A stretch of DNA of 64,000 nt from Nitrospirota bacterium (GTDB lineage Bacteria > Nitrospirota > UBA9217). Numbering within the stretch: the stretch's first letter is position 1; every line of letters begins with the position of its first letter. The stretch lies in the NCBI GenBank assembly GCA_963751455.1, contig CAVVUN010000001.1:320001-384000 (forward strand), written 5' to 3'. Of this stretch, positions 37,741 to 47,415 are shown piece after piece. The notes beneath the pieces were generated by a model. That model had not been told where the DNA came from. It did no database searches and worked only from the letters and a program-made list of their open reading frames with translations. The translations under genes and the position numbers were made by a program.

Positions 37741-39642
37741 ATGAAATACATCATCCTCGGCACTGCCGGACATATCGACCACGGTAAATCCAGCCTCGTC
37801 AAGGCCCTCACCGGCACGGACCCTGACCGTCTGAAAGAAGAAAAAGAGCGCGGCATCACCCTCGACCTGGGCTTTGCGTCCCTGGACCTGCCCGGCGGAA
37901 ACCGGCTCGGCATCGTCGACGTCCCCGGCCACGAAGGGCTTATCAAGAACATGCTGGCCGGCGTAGGCGGGATCGACATCGTGATGCTTGTGATCGCTGC
38001 GGACGAGGGCATCATGCCCCAGACTCGCGAACACCTCGCCATTTGCGACCTGCTGCAGGTAAAAAAAGGGCTCATCGTTCTGACCAAGACGGACATGGCC
38101 GACAAGGAATGGCTCTCGCTCGTCCAGGACGAAGTACGCGAATTCGTTAAAGGCACCTTCCTCGAAAAGTCCCCCATCGTTTCCGTCTCCTCGAAAACAG
38201 GCGAAAACCTTCCCGGCCTCGTTCAGGAGCTTGCCCGGCTCTCGAACGACGTATCTCCAAAATCTTCGAACGGCATTCTCCGTCTCCCGATAGACCGGGT
38301 CTTTACCATGAAAGGTTTCGGGACCGTGATCACGGGCACATTGCTTTCGGGAACAATCAGTACCGAGCAGGAAGTCGAGATACTTCCGAAGGACGTGAAA
38401 ACCAAAGTCAGGGGCATTCAGTCCCATAATAAAGCGGTTTCGAGATCAGTCGCGGGTCAGCGCACCGCGGTGAACCTTCAGGGCGTTGAAAAGGACCAGC
38501 TTTCGCGCGGAGATATTATCGTGAGCGCCGGATATTTCAAGCCGACGAGAACGCTCGATGTCGCACTCGACCTGTTGAAACAAGCGCCGCGCGGTCTCAA
38601 AACCGGTTCCCGTATCCGCTTCTACAACACCACTCAGGAAGCGACCGGAAGAATCACCATCCTGGGCAACGGCGAACTTGCGCCGGGCGAAAAGGCATAT
38701 GCTCAACTCCGGCTGGAACAGCACGTTCTCATCCAGCACGGGGACCGTTATATTCTCCGGTTTTACTCCCCCATGGAGACGCTGGGCGGCGGAATGATCC
38801 TGAATCCCCATCCCAGAAGACACAAGCAGGCGACAATGCAGGAGTCGCTCAAAAACCTGACAATTCTTGAAAAAGGGACAAGCGAAGAACAGTTGGCGCT
38901 CTTTATTTCAGGAAAGGGCCTCGCCGGAATGGACGAGCATGAAATCATGGGGGCCATGGCAGCAGACAAGCAGGATATTTCGGCAGCGCTCGCTTCGCTG
39001 GTGCAGAAAAAAATCACACTGAGGGTCGATACCGTCTATGTCCATGGCAGCCATATCGGGACACTGGAGAAGAAGACCCTCGATCTGGTAAGACAGTACC
39101 ATAAGGACAATCCGCTCAAGCCGGGTCTCGACAAGGAAGAGCTGAAAAGCGGACTCAGGCTCCGGCTGTCACCCAGGGTCCTCGCCGTAGCTCTTGACGG
39201 GCTCGTAAAGAAAAAACAGCTCGAAACGGAAGGATCCCGGCTGAAACTTCCCGGGTTCAAGGCTGCGCGTGGCTCGATTCAGGACGGGGTCAAGGACAGG
39301 ATCGTAGAAGCCATCAGGAAGGGCGGGACCCAGCCGCCGGTACGCGAGGAGTTTCTTGCCCTGTTCGGCCTGAATGATAAAGATGCCAGGGACCTGCTGA
39401 GGCTCCTTGCCGATGAAGGCAGGACCGTAAGGATCAACGACTCGCTTCATCTCGACCGGGAGATACTTGAGAAGATCAGAGGAGAACTTAAGAAGTTTCT
39501 CGACGAGAAGAAAGAGATCACCATGGCCGAGTTCCGCGACCTCGCAAAAACTTCACGCAAGTTTGCAGTGCCGCTCATGGAGTACTTCGATTCACAGAAG
39601 CTCACACAGCGCGTCGGCGACAAGAGAGTGTTGAGAGGATAG
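37741..39642 (+). CDS. selB: Selenocysteine-specific elongation factor
   Basis: GTAGHIDHGKS, DVPGHE, TKTD, and a C-terminal winged helix SRKFAVPLMEYFD...TQRVGDKR. Confidence 0.96.
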   Translation: MKYIILGTAGHIDHGKSSLVKALTGTDPDRLKEEKERGITLDLGFASLDLPGGNRLGIVDVPGHEGLIKNMLAGVGGIDIVMLVIAADEGIMPQTREHLAICDLLQVKKGLIVLTKTDMADKEWLSLVQDEVREFVKGTFLEKSPIVSVSSKTGENLPGLVQELARLSNDVSPKSSNGILRLPIDRVFTMKGFGTVITGTLLSGTISTEQEVEILPKDVKTKVRGIQSHNKAVSRSVAGQRTAVNLQGVEKDQLSRGDIIVSAGYFKPTRTLDVALDLLKQAPRGLKTGSRIRFYNTTQEATGRITILGNGELAPGEKAYAQLRLEQHVLIQHGDRYILRFYSPMETLGGGMILNPHPRRHKQATMQESLKNLTILEKGTSEEQLALFISGKGLAGMDEHEIMGAMAADKQDISAALASLVQKKITLRVDTVYVHGSHIGTLEKKTLDLVRQYHKDNPLKPGLDKEELKSGLRLRLSPRVLAVALDGLVKKKQLETEGSRLKLPGFKAARGSIQDGVKDRIVEAIRKGGTQPPVREEFLALFGLNDKDARDLLRLLADEGRTVRINDSLHLDREILEKIRGELKKFLDEKKEITMAEFRDLAKTSRKFAVPLMEYFDSQKLTQRVGDKRVLRG

Positions 39643-39648
39643 CACGCG

Positions 39649-39990
39649 TTATTTTGTCCGGATTCCGGCCAATTTCCGGAACAATCTCCGTATCCCGATT
39701 TCCCCTTTATCCATCAGAGTTGACAGGTATTTGGACCGGCCTGCAATTATGATTAGGCCCGGAATGCCAAGAAAAAAACCCGGAGCACCGGGAACAAAAC
39801 CGAATAAGAAACCTGCAGCAACCAGCAGGAACCCAAGCGCATAGTACAGCACGCTGATCACCGGATGCTCCTGCAGGTGTTGCTGCCGGTGTTTATGGTA
39901 ATTGATGAAACGACGTCCCGGTTTGTCATGCGCAACCTGTGACGCCGCCTCTTTGAGATGCTTGATCCTGGCTTTTATACCACCGTGCAT
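39649..39990 (-). CDS. Small membrane protein (PGPGW-like hairpin)
   Basis: Two hydrophobic segments around VPGAPG. Confidence 0.6.
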   Translation of the reverse strand: MHGGIKARIKHLKEAASQVAHDKPGRRFINYHKHRQQHLQEHPVISVLYYALGFLLVAAGFLFGFVPGAPGFFLGIPGLIIIAGRSKYLSTLMDKGEIGIRRLFRKLAGIRTK

Positions 39991-40026
39991 GGCAATTTTT
40001 TTTCACCCTTCTTTTCTTATTTTGTA

Positions 40027-40863
40027 TTAGTTTGAACCATGCGAAACGGGTCTCTTCCCTTCCCGGATCAACTCCGCAATCATGCCTGAAACCTCTTCTA
40101 TAGAGGAATAACTTACATCAATGACCACCAGCCCTTTGATACTTTTGAAAATGCGATGGCTGTAAGCGAGCTCTTCTCGAATGTGCGATATATCGACATA
40201 ATCCATTTCGTCAGCGTGCTTCCATCTCCTTCTCCTCAAAAAGGCCAGCCTCTCCGGTTCAATACTCAGGCCGATTTTCCGGTTCTTCAATGAAAATATC
40301 TTCTCCGGGGGCTTCATGCCGCTGATGATCGGCACATTCGCAACCTTGAGGCCGTGATTGCAGGATAGATACAGGCTCGTAGGGGTTTTTGATGTCCTCG
40401 AAACACCCAGAATAATAAGGTCCGACCTGCCCAGCGTCTCGACACCCTGCCCATCATCGTGGCTCATCGTAAAATCTATCGCTTCAGCCACGCGTAAAGA
40501 TTCCTCCCCGATTCCGCGCAGCAATCCCGGTTCAAGGACAGGGACCTGGTCCCACTGCTTTTGGATCCTTTCAATAATCGGACCAAGGAGATCGATGGCA
40601 TAAATATCGCTCACTCGGTTCTGCCTGCGGATCCACGTCCTCAAATCTTTTGAAACCAGCGAATAAATGACAATGCCTCCGGCCGAATGCGCCTCTTCCA
40701 GGACCGTCCTTACCTGCTCCCTGGTTTTGATGAACGGGAATTTCCTGAACACAGGCTTGATGTCCCTGAACTGGACCAGTGCGGCATGAATGACCATCTC
40801 CGCCGTTGTTCCGGTTGAATCGGAGATAATGAATATCGCGATTTTTTTCTTTGCCTGTCTCAT
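40027..40863 (-). CDS. Pyruvate,phosphate dikinase / PEP synthase regulatory protein (DUF299)
   Basis: ISDSTGTTAE, AIDFT..HDDG, GVSRTSKTP.SLYL and SIEE. Confidence 0.92.
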   Translation of the reverse strand: MRQAKKKIAIFIISDSTGTTAEMVIHAALVQFRDIKPVFRKFPFIKTREQVRTVLEEAHSAGGIVIYSLVSKDLRTWIRRQNRVSDIYAIDLLGPIIERIQKQWDQVPVLEPGLLRGIGEESLRVAEAIDFTMSHDDGQGVETLGRSDLIILGVSRTSKTPTSLYLSCNHGLKVANVPIISGMKPPEKIFSLKNRKIGLSIEPERLAFLRRRRWKHADEMDYVDISHIREELAYSHRIFKSIKGLVVIDVSYSSIEEVSGMIAELIREGKRPVSHGSN

Positions 40864-41009
40864 ACTGCTTCGGTTTCTCCGTAATCCCCTTGGTATTAAT
40901 ATTAGCACCGTGCAGGGCAGGTTTTCAGAAAGGAACAGATCAGGTGATGCGATTTCTGATACATTAACCACAGAGGCATAAGGCGGAAAGAGAAAGCACG
41001 GGGTATCCA

Positions 41010-42203
41010 ATGATTACTATCGAGGGAATTCAGGATGCACGCAGGACTATCGCGAAATTCATTCACAAGACGCCTCTGACCCGTTCCGACTCGCTCAGCA
41101 GGCTTTCGGGAGCCGAAGTATACCTGAAGCTTGAAAACCTTCAGAAGACCGGCGCGTTCAAGGTCAGAGGCGCAATCAACAAAATCAGCCGCGTGGCCGG
41201 CGGGAAGGTCATAGCCGCATCAATGGGAAATCATGCGCAGGCAGTAGCCTTTGCAGCGGGAATTGCCGGGAAAGAGACAAGGATCGTAATGCCCTCCACC
41301 GTGTCTCTTGTGAAGGAAGAGGCAACCAGAGGCTACCGGGCCGATGTGGTGCTTTTCGGGGAAGGGTTTAAAGATGCCCTCGATCACGCACGGAGCTGGA
41401 AAGACCATGTTTTCATCCACGCATTCGATGATGATGACGTAATGGCCGGCCAGGGAACGATCGGTCTGGAGATACTCGAGGATTTGGACAGGCCGGACGT
41501 CGTGTTAGTCCCGGTTGGAGGCGGAGGACTTATCGCCGGGATATCAGCTGCAATAAAGTCCCTGGCGCCCCACACGAGCGTAATCGGCGTCCAGACAGAG
41601 GCCGCACCGGCTGCGGTTGTCTCCTTCATGCAGAAAAAGCCGACAGAGCTGATTCCGGCCCCTACCATCGCGGACGGCATTGCCGTGAATATGCCCGGAG
41701 AACTGGCCTTTGAGGTCATCAAAACATATGTCGATGACATACTGCAGGTGAGTGAGGACTCGATTGCCCGGGCGATTCTTCTGCTTCTTGAGAGGACAAA
41801 AATGGTTGTTGAAGGGGCCGGCGCCGTGCCGCTTGCGGCTTTAATGGACAATAGCGCCCGCTTCCGGGGAAAACGGGTGGTTCTTGTGTTGAGCGGCGGA
41901 AACATTGATTTTACCATTATGGACAGGATTATTCGCAAAGGCCTGGTAACGAGCGGAAGGATAGGAGTATTTGAGGTCACCCTGACCGACCATCCCGGAA
42001 GCCTTTGCGCAGTCTCCGGCTTGATAGCTTCTCAAAGAGCAAATATCCTGAACGTTGTCCACGACCGGCTTGCGGCCGACATTCCCTTCGGCAAGACGCG
42101 CGTCGTTTTTACAATGGAGATACGCGGAAAGCAGCATCACGATCAGATTCTGTCGGCGCTGTCGCTCCGGGGGTATGAGGTGAAGGAGCGAGCCGGAAAT
42201 TAG
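41010..42203 (+). CDS. ilvA: Threonine ammonia-lyase with C-terminal ACT domain
   Basis: KLENLQKTGAFKVRGA, GNHAQ, GQGTIGLE, PVGGGGL, SGGNID and D.PG.L. Confidence 0.92.
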   Translation: MITIEGIQDARRTIAKFIHKTPLTRSDSLSRLSGAEVYLKLENLQKTGAFKVRGAINKISRVAGGKVIAASMGNHAQAVAFAAGIAGKETRIVMPSTVSLVKEEATRGYRADVVLFGEGFKDALDHARSWKDHVFIHAFDDDDVMAGQGTIGLEILEDLDRPDVVLVPVGGGGLIAGISAAIKSLAPHTSVIGVQTEAAPAAVVSFMQKKPTELIPAPTIADGIAVNMPGELAFEVIKTYVDDILQVSEDSIARAILLLLERTKMVVEGAGAVPLAALMDNSARFRGKRVVLVLSGGNIDFTIMDRIIRKGLVTSGRIGVFEVTLTDHPGSLCAVSGLIASQRANILNVVHDRLAADIPFGKTRVVFTMEIRGKQHHDQILSALSLRGYEVKERAGN

Positions 42204-42281
42204 AAGAAATAGTGATATGTTATTCTCTTTAAAAACTTGACAGTTTCGCACTAGTCTTTTCACCATAAAAAAAGAAAACGT

Positions 42282-42394
42282 GGCCGCAAAAATGCTTACC
42301 CTGCTGTCGCCATAACGCGGGCATAAACAAGAAGCTCAAGAAAAACCTCAAAAAGGATTTCTCTTTTTTGCGAATTTTGCGCATTTTTGCGGCC
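42282..42394. repeat. Palindrome of the same family with an interrupted left arm
   Basis: GGCCGCAAAAATGC ... TTTTGCGAATTTTGCGCATTTTTGCGGCC. Confidence 0.75.
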
Positions 42395-42442
42395 CAAAAG
42401 GCCTTTCATTGTTTATATTTGCGGCCAAAAGGCTGGACTAGG

Positions 42443-42907
42443 ATGCGCATCAGATATTTAGCGGACGACCCGGAAATCATACCCATTCTTGGCGCCTGGA
42501 TATACGACGAGTGGTCTTTTCTGTATCCCGGAAAAACTGCGAGATATATTGAAAGCCTGCTCAGGAAAAGGCTCAATAAAATGAAACTGCCCCTGACCCT
42601 GGTTGCGTTTCAGGGACAGGAGCCGGTCGGCACCGTATCTCTCAAGGCATCCGAAATGCGATCAAGAAGACGCTTGTCGCCATGGGTAACCAGCCTGTAT
42701 GTGACGAAATCGCGGAGAAAAACGGGAATCGGATCAAAACTGATGAACGCAGTGGAAAAAAAGGCAGCTGAGCTGAATTTTTCAAAGATATACCTGCTTA
42801 CAGCCGGGGCACTTGTTCCATTTTATTCAAGATTAGGTTGGAACGTGAAAGAAGTAGCCATATACGGTTCCTACAAAGTTACCCTCATGGATAAAGAAAT
42901 AGCTTGA
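42443..42907 (+). CDS. GNAT N-acetyltransferase
   Basis: PWVTSLYV...RKTGIGSKL and FYSRLGW. Confidence 0.85.
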   Translation: MRIRYLADDPEIIPILGAWIYDEWSFLYPGKTARYIESLLRKRLNKMKLPLTLVAFQGQEPVGTVSLKASEMRSRRRLSPWVTSLYVTKSRRKTGIGSKLMNAVEKKAAELNFSKIYLLTAGALVPFYSRLGWNVKEVAIYGSYKVTLMDKEIA

Positions 42908-42955
42908 ATGCTGTGAATTCCTCACCAGATGCCGGCCTACGCATTGGCCTATGAT

Positions 42956-43141
42956 TTACGGCAAGCAATCCTGGTTTTTTGAAGGGCCCGTAAAATTACA
43001 GAAGTATAAATAGCACAAGCTGTATCTCTTGCTTTTGCACAGCTCCTGGAGTTCCATCTCGCTTGGAACATAGTGATTCTCCGCGGGCGGCAGTCCTGCT
43101 TTGCAGAGCTTATTTTCTAATGTTAAAAAAGGACAGGGCAT
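42956..43141 (-). CDS. Small Cys-rich hypothetical protein
   Basis: CPFL-x6-C...PS..E...LC....Y..C pattern in 61 aa. Confidence 0.5.
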   Translation of the reverse strand: MPCPFLTLENKLCKAGLPPAENHYVPSEMELQELCKSKRYSLCYLYFCNFTGPSKNQDCLP

Positions 43142-43371
43142 AGTTGATAAGGGAGTAATTAATTTTCCCGCCTCCTTAGGTCATTCTAATAGTGATGAGT
43201 TTCCCAATCAATACCCCAGGGCGGGTATTTAAAGGGTATGCATTCCGTGCCGTTTTCGAACCATTGTTAGTGATGTTAATAGCATATTCGTGCTGATTTC
43301 GGCTGCATACAACAATAGAGCGCATAAAATTATCTTCGCTGACTGCGAAACTTTTTACTTCACTAATAAGT

Positions 43372-45244
43372 GATGATCTCGTAAGAACGAACTGTCGTGA
43401 TTCAGCCAAAATAAATCGCGCAAAACATCATATTTCCTTTGCAGTACAAGGGGTTTTGTGATACACAACAGCATCACCTATCGCAATCAAGGAGCCAGAA
43501 TGATCCATATCAAGGATCACAAAACCCCCGACATGTTCGATCCCTTTCCCTTCCTGGGACCTAAACGTAAACAGCGCATCGAGGGGTCCTGGGCAAAGGT
43601 ATTTCGGGAGCATATTCTTACCACGCTGCCAGTCGAGAAAATTTTCTCAAAATACGATCCGGTTTTCGGAGCGCCGACCAAGGAACTCTATTCCATGATC
43701 GGCCTCATGGTCCTCCAGCAGATGAACGACCTGACCGACGAAGAAGCCGTAGACCAGTTTGCCTATAATCTCCAGTGGCATTATGCCCTGAACATCACAA
43801 GCGCGGCGGACACCGCCGCTTATGTCAGCCCCAAGACCCTCTGGAACATGCGCGACCTCCTGATCGAACGGAACCTCTACCAAGTTATCTTTGAAGAAGT
43901 CGTCACGATGCTTGCCGATGTATTCAAAGTCGATGTCGCCAAGCAGCGCTTCGACTCGGTCCACATCTACTCCAATATGCGCCACTTGGGCCGGCTCGGC
44001 CTGTTCGTAAAGACTATTAAGAAGTTCCTGGTGAACCTCAAGCGTCACCATAAAGACCTCTATGAATCATTAGAGACGGCCATCACCGACGGGTACATGA
44101 CCAAACAGGGAGATGCCGTCTTCTCGATGGTCAGACCCTCGGAATCGATAAACACGCTAAGGACGCTGGCCAACGACGTGTTCAGCCTGGTGGAACGGTT
44201 CAGAGGAAACGAGCCAATTACCACCATGAACACCTATCAGCTCCTTGTCCGGCTGCTTAAGGAACAATGCATCGTGGAACGCGTTGATACGCATACAACC
44301 CTGGTCTCGGTCAAGGCCAACAAGGACGTGCCTTCCGATTCTCTGCAAAACCCTTCCGACCCCGACGCCGGGTATGACGGCCACAAGGGCAAGGGCTACC
44401 AGGTGCAGGTCGCCGAAAGCTACGGCACGTCCGAGGATACCAACACCCTGAATTTGATCACCAGTGTGATCGTAGAACCTGCCCACAAGCACGACACCCA
44501 TGCCACTATTCCGCTTATCGAATCAACGGAGAAGTTGGGTCTGAAACCGGAAGCGGTCATTGCCGACACCCCCTATGGCAGCGACGAGAACTGCGAGAAG
44601 GCAAAGACCATGGGAGTTGAAGTCGTTTCCCCGGTCATGGGCAACCTCGGCGAAGACAGCGTGCCATTCACGGCATTCACCATGAACAGCGAAAACGAAA
44701 TCACCTTATGCCCCGAGGGACGCGCTCCTCTCAAAACCCGGAGCAAAGACGACAATCACTCCGCGCTCTTTTCAAAAAAAGCGTGCCGTGGTTGTTCCCG
44801 AAAGAACACATGTCCGACGCTGCCCGGCAAAAAGGGCCGCTATCTCCGATACGACGATAAAGCGATCCGTCTGGCCCAGCGACGGGCTCAGGAAGACACT
44901 CCCGAGTTTCGGGACAGGTACCGCTTCCGTGCAGGGGTCGAAGGAACCATGTCTCAGCTTGACCGAATAACCGGCTTCAAGAACTTGCGCGTCCGAGGAC
45001 TGTCCGCCGTGAGCTTCGCTGCGTACTTGAAGGCTGCCGGAATCAACATTATCCGGGCGGCGGCATTCCGCAAACGGGAAAAGGAAGAGGAATCGGCCCT
45101 CATAGCCGCCCTTTCATTGCTATTTTGTGCTGTCAAAGAACGAGTGCAGCATGTTTCAGCCGCCATCGGGCGCTGGATCAGTCTCCGGCCGCTGATTATG
45201 CAGTTTAAGGTACTTTACGCCGTTTGACTTCTTACGAATTCATC
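43372..45244 (+). mobile_element. Complete insertion sequence (DDE, IS1182/IS5-like)
   Basis: TIRs GATGATCTCGTAAGAA / TTCTTACGAATTCATC (14/16 match); ATAAGT duplicated at 43366-43371 and 45245-45250. Confidence 0.92.
43500..45227 (+). CDS. DDE transposase
   Basis: AAGGAG SD; QRFDS, DPDA, ADTPYGS, CP...CRGC..C and YRFRAGVEGT...LRVRG. Confidence 0.9.
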   Translation: MIHIKDHKTPDMFDPFPFLGPKRKQRIEGSWAKVFREHILTTLPVEKIFSKYDPVFGAPTKELYSMIGLMVLQQMNDLTDEEAVDQFAYNLQWHYALNITSAADTAAYVSPKTLWNMRDLLIERNLYQVIFEEVVTMLADVFKVDVAKQRFDSVHIYSNMRHLGRLGLFVKTIKKFLVNLKRHHKDLYESLETAITDGYMTKQGDAVFSMVRPSESINTLRTLANDVFSLVERFRGNEPITTMNTYQLLVRLLKEQCIVERVDTHTTLVSVKANKDVPSDSLQNPSDPDAGYDGHKGKGYQVQVAESYGTSEDTNTLNLITSVIVEPAHKHDTHATIPLIESTEKLGLKPEAVIADTPYGSDENCEKAKTMGVEVVSPVMGNLGEDSVPFTAFTMNSENEITLCPEGRAPLKTRSKDDNHSALFSKKACRGCSRKNTCPTLPGKKGRYLRYDDKAIRLAQRRAQEDTPEFRDRYRFRAGVEGTMSQLDRITGFKNLRVRGLSAVSFAAYLKAAGINIIRAAAFRKREKEEESALIAALSLLFCAVKERVQHVSAAIGRWISLRPLIMQFKVLYAV

Positions 45245-45467
45245 ATAAGTGTATCACTTTATATTACCTCGGCATGGGTTTATTTCGATAAAGTCGGATG
45301 CAGATTAAAAAAGGACAGGATACCATAGGACTAAAGCACCTCACAATAAAACGCATGCGTCCTGCATCCTTTTCCGGAATTGACAGCGAATGGAACGAGT
45401 AATAGACTCATAATAAGATTGGCCTTTCATGCGGTTACACGCACTATTTCTCTGAAAGGAGACGAAA

Positions 45468-45710
45468 ATGAAAAGGATCATATTTATTATAATGACTGTT
45501 GCTCTTCTCGGATCGACCGGATGCGCCACCAAGAGCGGGAGCGCCACTGCCGGAGCAATCGGAGGAGCAGCGGCCGGGGGAGGAGCATACGAATACCGGA
45601 TGCATGAGGAACTGAAAAGGATCGATGATGAATTAAAGACCGGAAAGATAGACCAAAGGGAGTACGACATCCGGAAGGACCAGATCCTGAGGATGTCTGT
45701 TGTGAAATAA
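45468..45710 (+). CDS. Small lipoprotein with glycine zipper
   Basis: AGGAG SD, lipobox-like STGC and GAIGGAAAGGG. Confidence 0.75.
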   Translation: MKRIIFIIMTVALLGSTGCATKSGSATAGAIGGAAAGGGAYEYRMHEELKRIDDELKTGKIDQREYDIRKDQILRMSVVK

Positions 45711-45821
45711 AGCCGAGGAGGCGCTTAATCAGCGTGCCCCTCGCCTGTTCCTGGGACACTTCAACTCCTATGCCCGGAGAATTCCATCTTGCCTCCTTAA
45801 ACTCTGCACGTCATTTCTTTT

Positions 45822-46058
45822 ATGCATGTTGAACAGATCGATGTTATAGCGTATGCAGACCGAAAGGGTGATGAGCGGCCGAAGACGTTTGTCCTGCGAG
45901 GCCTGCGGATCGATGTTGTGGAAATTCTTGATCTCTGGATCGAAGAAGGGATCAGGAACAGGGCCAGGAAGCGGTATTTCAGGATAAAAGGAAGCGATCG
46001 GAATATACACCGCATCTATTACGATGAAACGCTTCTGGAATGGTATTACGCATCATGA
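45822..46058 (+). CDS. Small hypothetical protein (DUF6504-like)
   Basis: ERP..F, V.EILD.W, YFR and W pattern. Confidence 0.6.
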   Translation: MHVEQIDVIAYADRKGDERPKTFVLRGLRIDVVEILDLWIEEGIRNRARKRYFRIKGSDRNIHRIYYDETLLEWYYAS

Positions 46059-46147
46059 CAGGTATGAAGTTTTAACAGAATTACTCTTGCCATTTGTGCT
46101 TGTTTATTGTATTTTCTTGAAACCTTGCTTCCCCCAGGCCATCTCGT

Positions 46148-47359
46148 ATGATTAAAACCCTCTTTCGTTCCCTGCGCCACCGGAACTTCCGCCTTTTTTT
46201 TTCAGGGCAGCTTATCTCGCTGATCGGCACATGGATGCAGAACGTCGGCCAGGCCTGGCTCGTGCTCGAGCTGACTCATTCCTCCTTGAAGCTCGGCATC
46301 GTTTCTGCGCTTCAGTTCGCACCCATGCTGTTCCTGTCGCTCCCCGCAGGCGCTTTCATAGATTATTTCGATAAAAGAAAGATCATCATCGGTACGCAGG
46401 CACTGATGATGCTCCTGGCCTTTACGCTTGCCGCTCTGGACTGGTCAGGGGCGGTCCGCTACTGGCATGTCGTAATACTCGCAACGCTTCTCGGCATTGC
46501 CAACACCCTCGATATGCCTGCCCGCCAGGCTTTCATCATTGAAATGGTAGGGAAAGAAGATCTGATGAATGCGATTGCGTTAAACTCATCGATCTTCAAC
46601 GCGGCCAGGGCAATAGGACCGGCCGTGGCAGGGTTGCTCATCGGCGGACTGGGCACAGCAGCCTGCTTCTTTGTTAACGGCCTCAGCTACCTGGCCGTCA
46701 TCCTGGGGCTGTATTCCATGAAGTTCGCACCGCCCCCTGCCCGGCGCCTGCGCTCATACCATATGCTCGAAGATATAACCGAGTCGCTTCGCTACATAAG
46801 CAACAAGCCGGTTATTCTCACGACGATGATCCTCGTTGCCGCCGTGAGCGTCTTCGGCGCAAACTTCAATGTACTCGTCCCGGTCTTTGCACGTCAGGAA
46901 CTCCATCGTAACGCGACGGCCTTCGGTTTTCTGATGTCGTCTTTCGGGCTCGGCGCGCTGCTCGGGGCGTTCTCGCTCGCACTGTTCAGCCGGAGAGGAC
47001 CGGAACCCGTGATTCTTTTCGGGGGCGGCATCGGCTTATCGCTGGCGCTGATAATGATCGGTTTTCAGAATTCGTATGGACTCACGGCTTTTCTGCTGGC
47101 CCTCTGCGGATGGTGCCTGGTGACTTTCTTCGGCGCCGCAAATACCACCGTCCAGATGAATACGGACGACAGGCTGCGGGGCCGGGTCATGAGCACCTAC
47201 ACCTTCACGTTCGGAGGTCTTACCCCGTTCGGCAGTCTCTTCGCGGGAGCAGCAGCGCACTGGATCAAAACTCCCTTGACGTTTGCACTGGGCGGGCTGT
47301 TTACGGGTATTGTTTTTATGATCGTAATTGCGCGGCAAAGGACCGGCCGCCGGTCATGA
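46148..47359 (+). CDS. MFS transporter (DHA3/EntS-like)
   Basis: RNFRLFFSGQLIS.IGTWMQ, D.PARQ, NAIALNS..FN.AR.IGP and LRGRVMS. Confidence 0.9.
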   Translation: MIKTLFRSLRHRNFRLFFSGQLISLIGTWMQNVGQAWLVLELTHSSLKLGIVSALQFAPMLFLSLPAGAFIDYFDKRKIIIGTQALMMLLAFTLAALDWSGAVRYWHVVILATLLGIANTLDMPARQAFIIEMVGKEDLMNAIALNSSIFNAARAIGPAVAGLLIGGLGTAACFFVNGLSYLAVILGLYSMKFAPPPARRLRSYHMLEDITESLRYISNKPVILTTMILVAAVSVFGANFNVLVPVFARQELHRNATAFGFLMSSFGLGALLGAFSLALFSRRGPEPVILFGGGIGLSLALIMIGFQNSYGLTAFLLALCGWCLVTFFGAANTTVQMNTDDRLRGRVMSTYTFTFGGLTPFGSLFAGAAAHWIKTPLTFALGGLFTGIVFMIVIARQRTGRRS

Positions 47360-47415
47360 TTGTCTCCTCGCTTTTACGGGTCATAATCCGTTAAATATGG
47401 TATGATAGCAATGAC

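Noticed and set aside
36172-39642. Absence of selD as a sign of an alternative Sec pathway
   Set aside because: selD is often unlinked from selAB; its absence from one window is uninformative.
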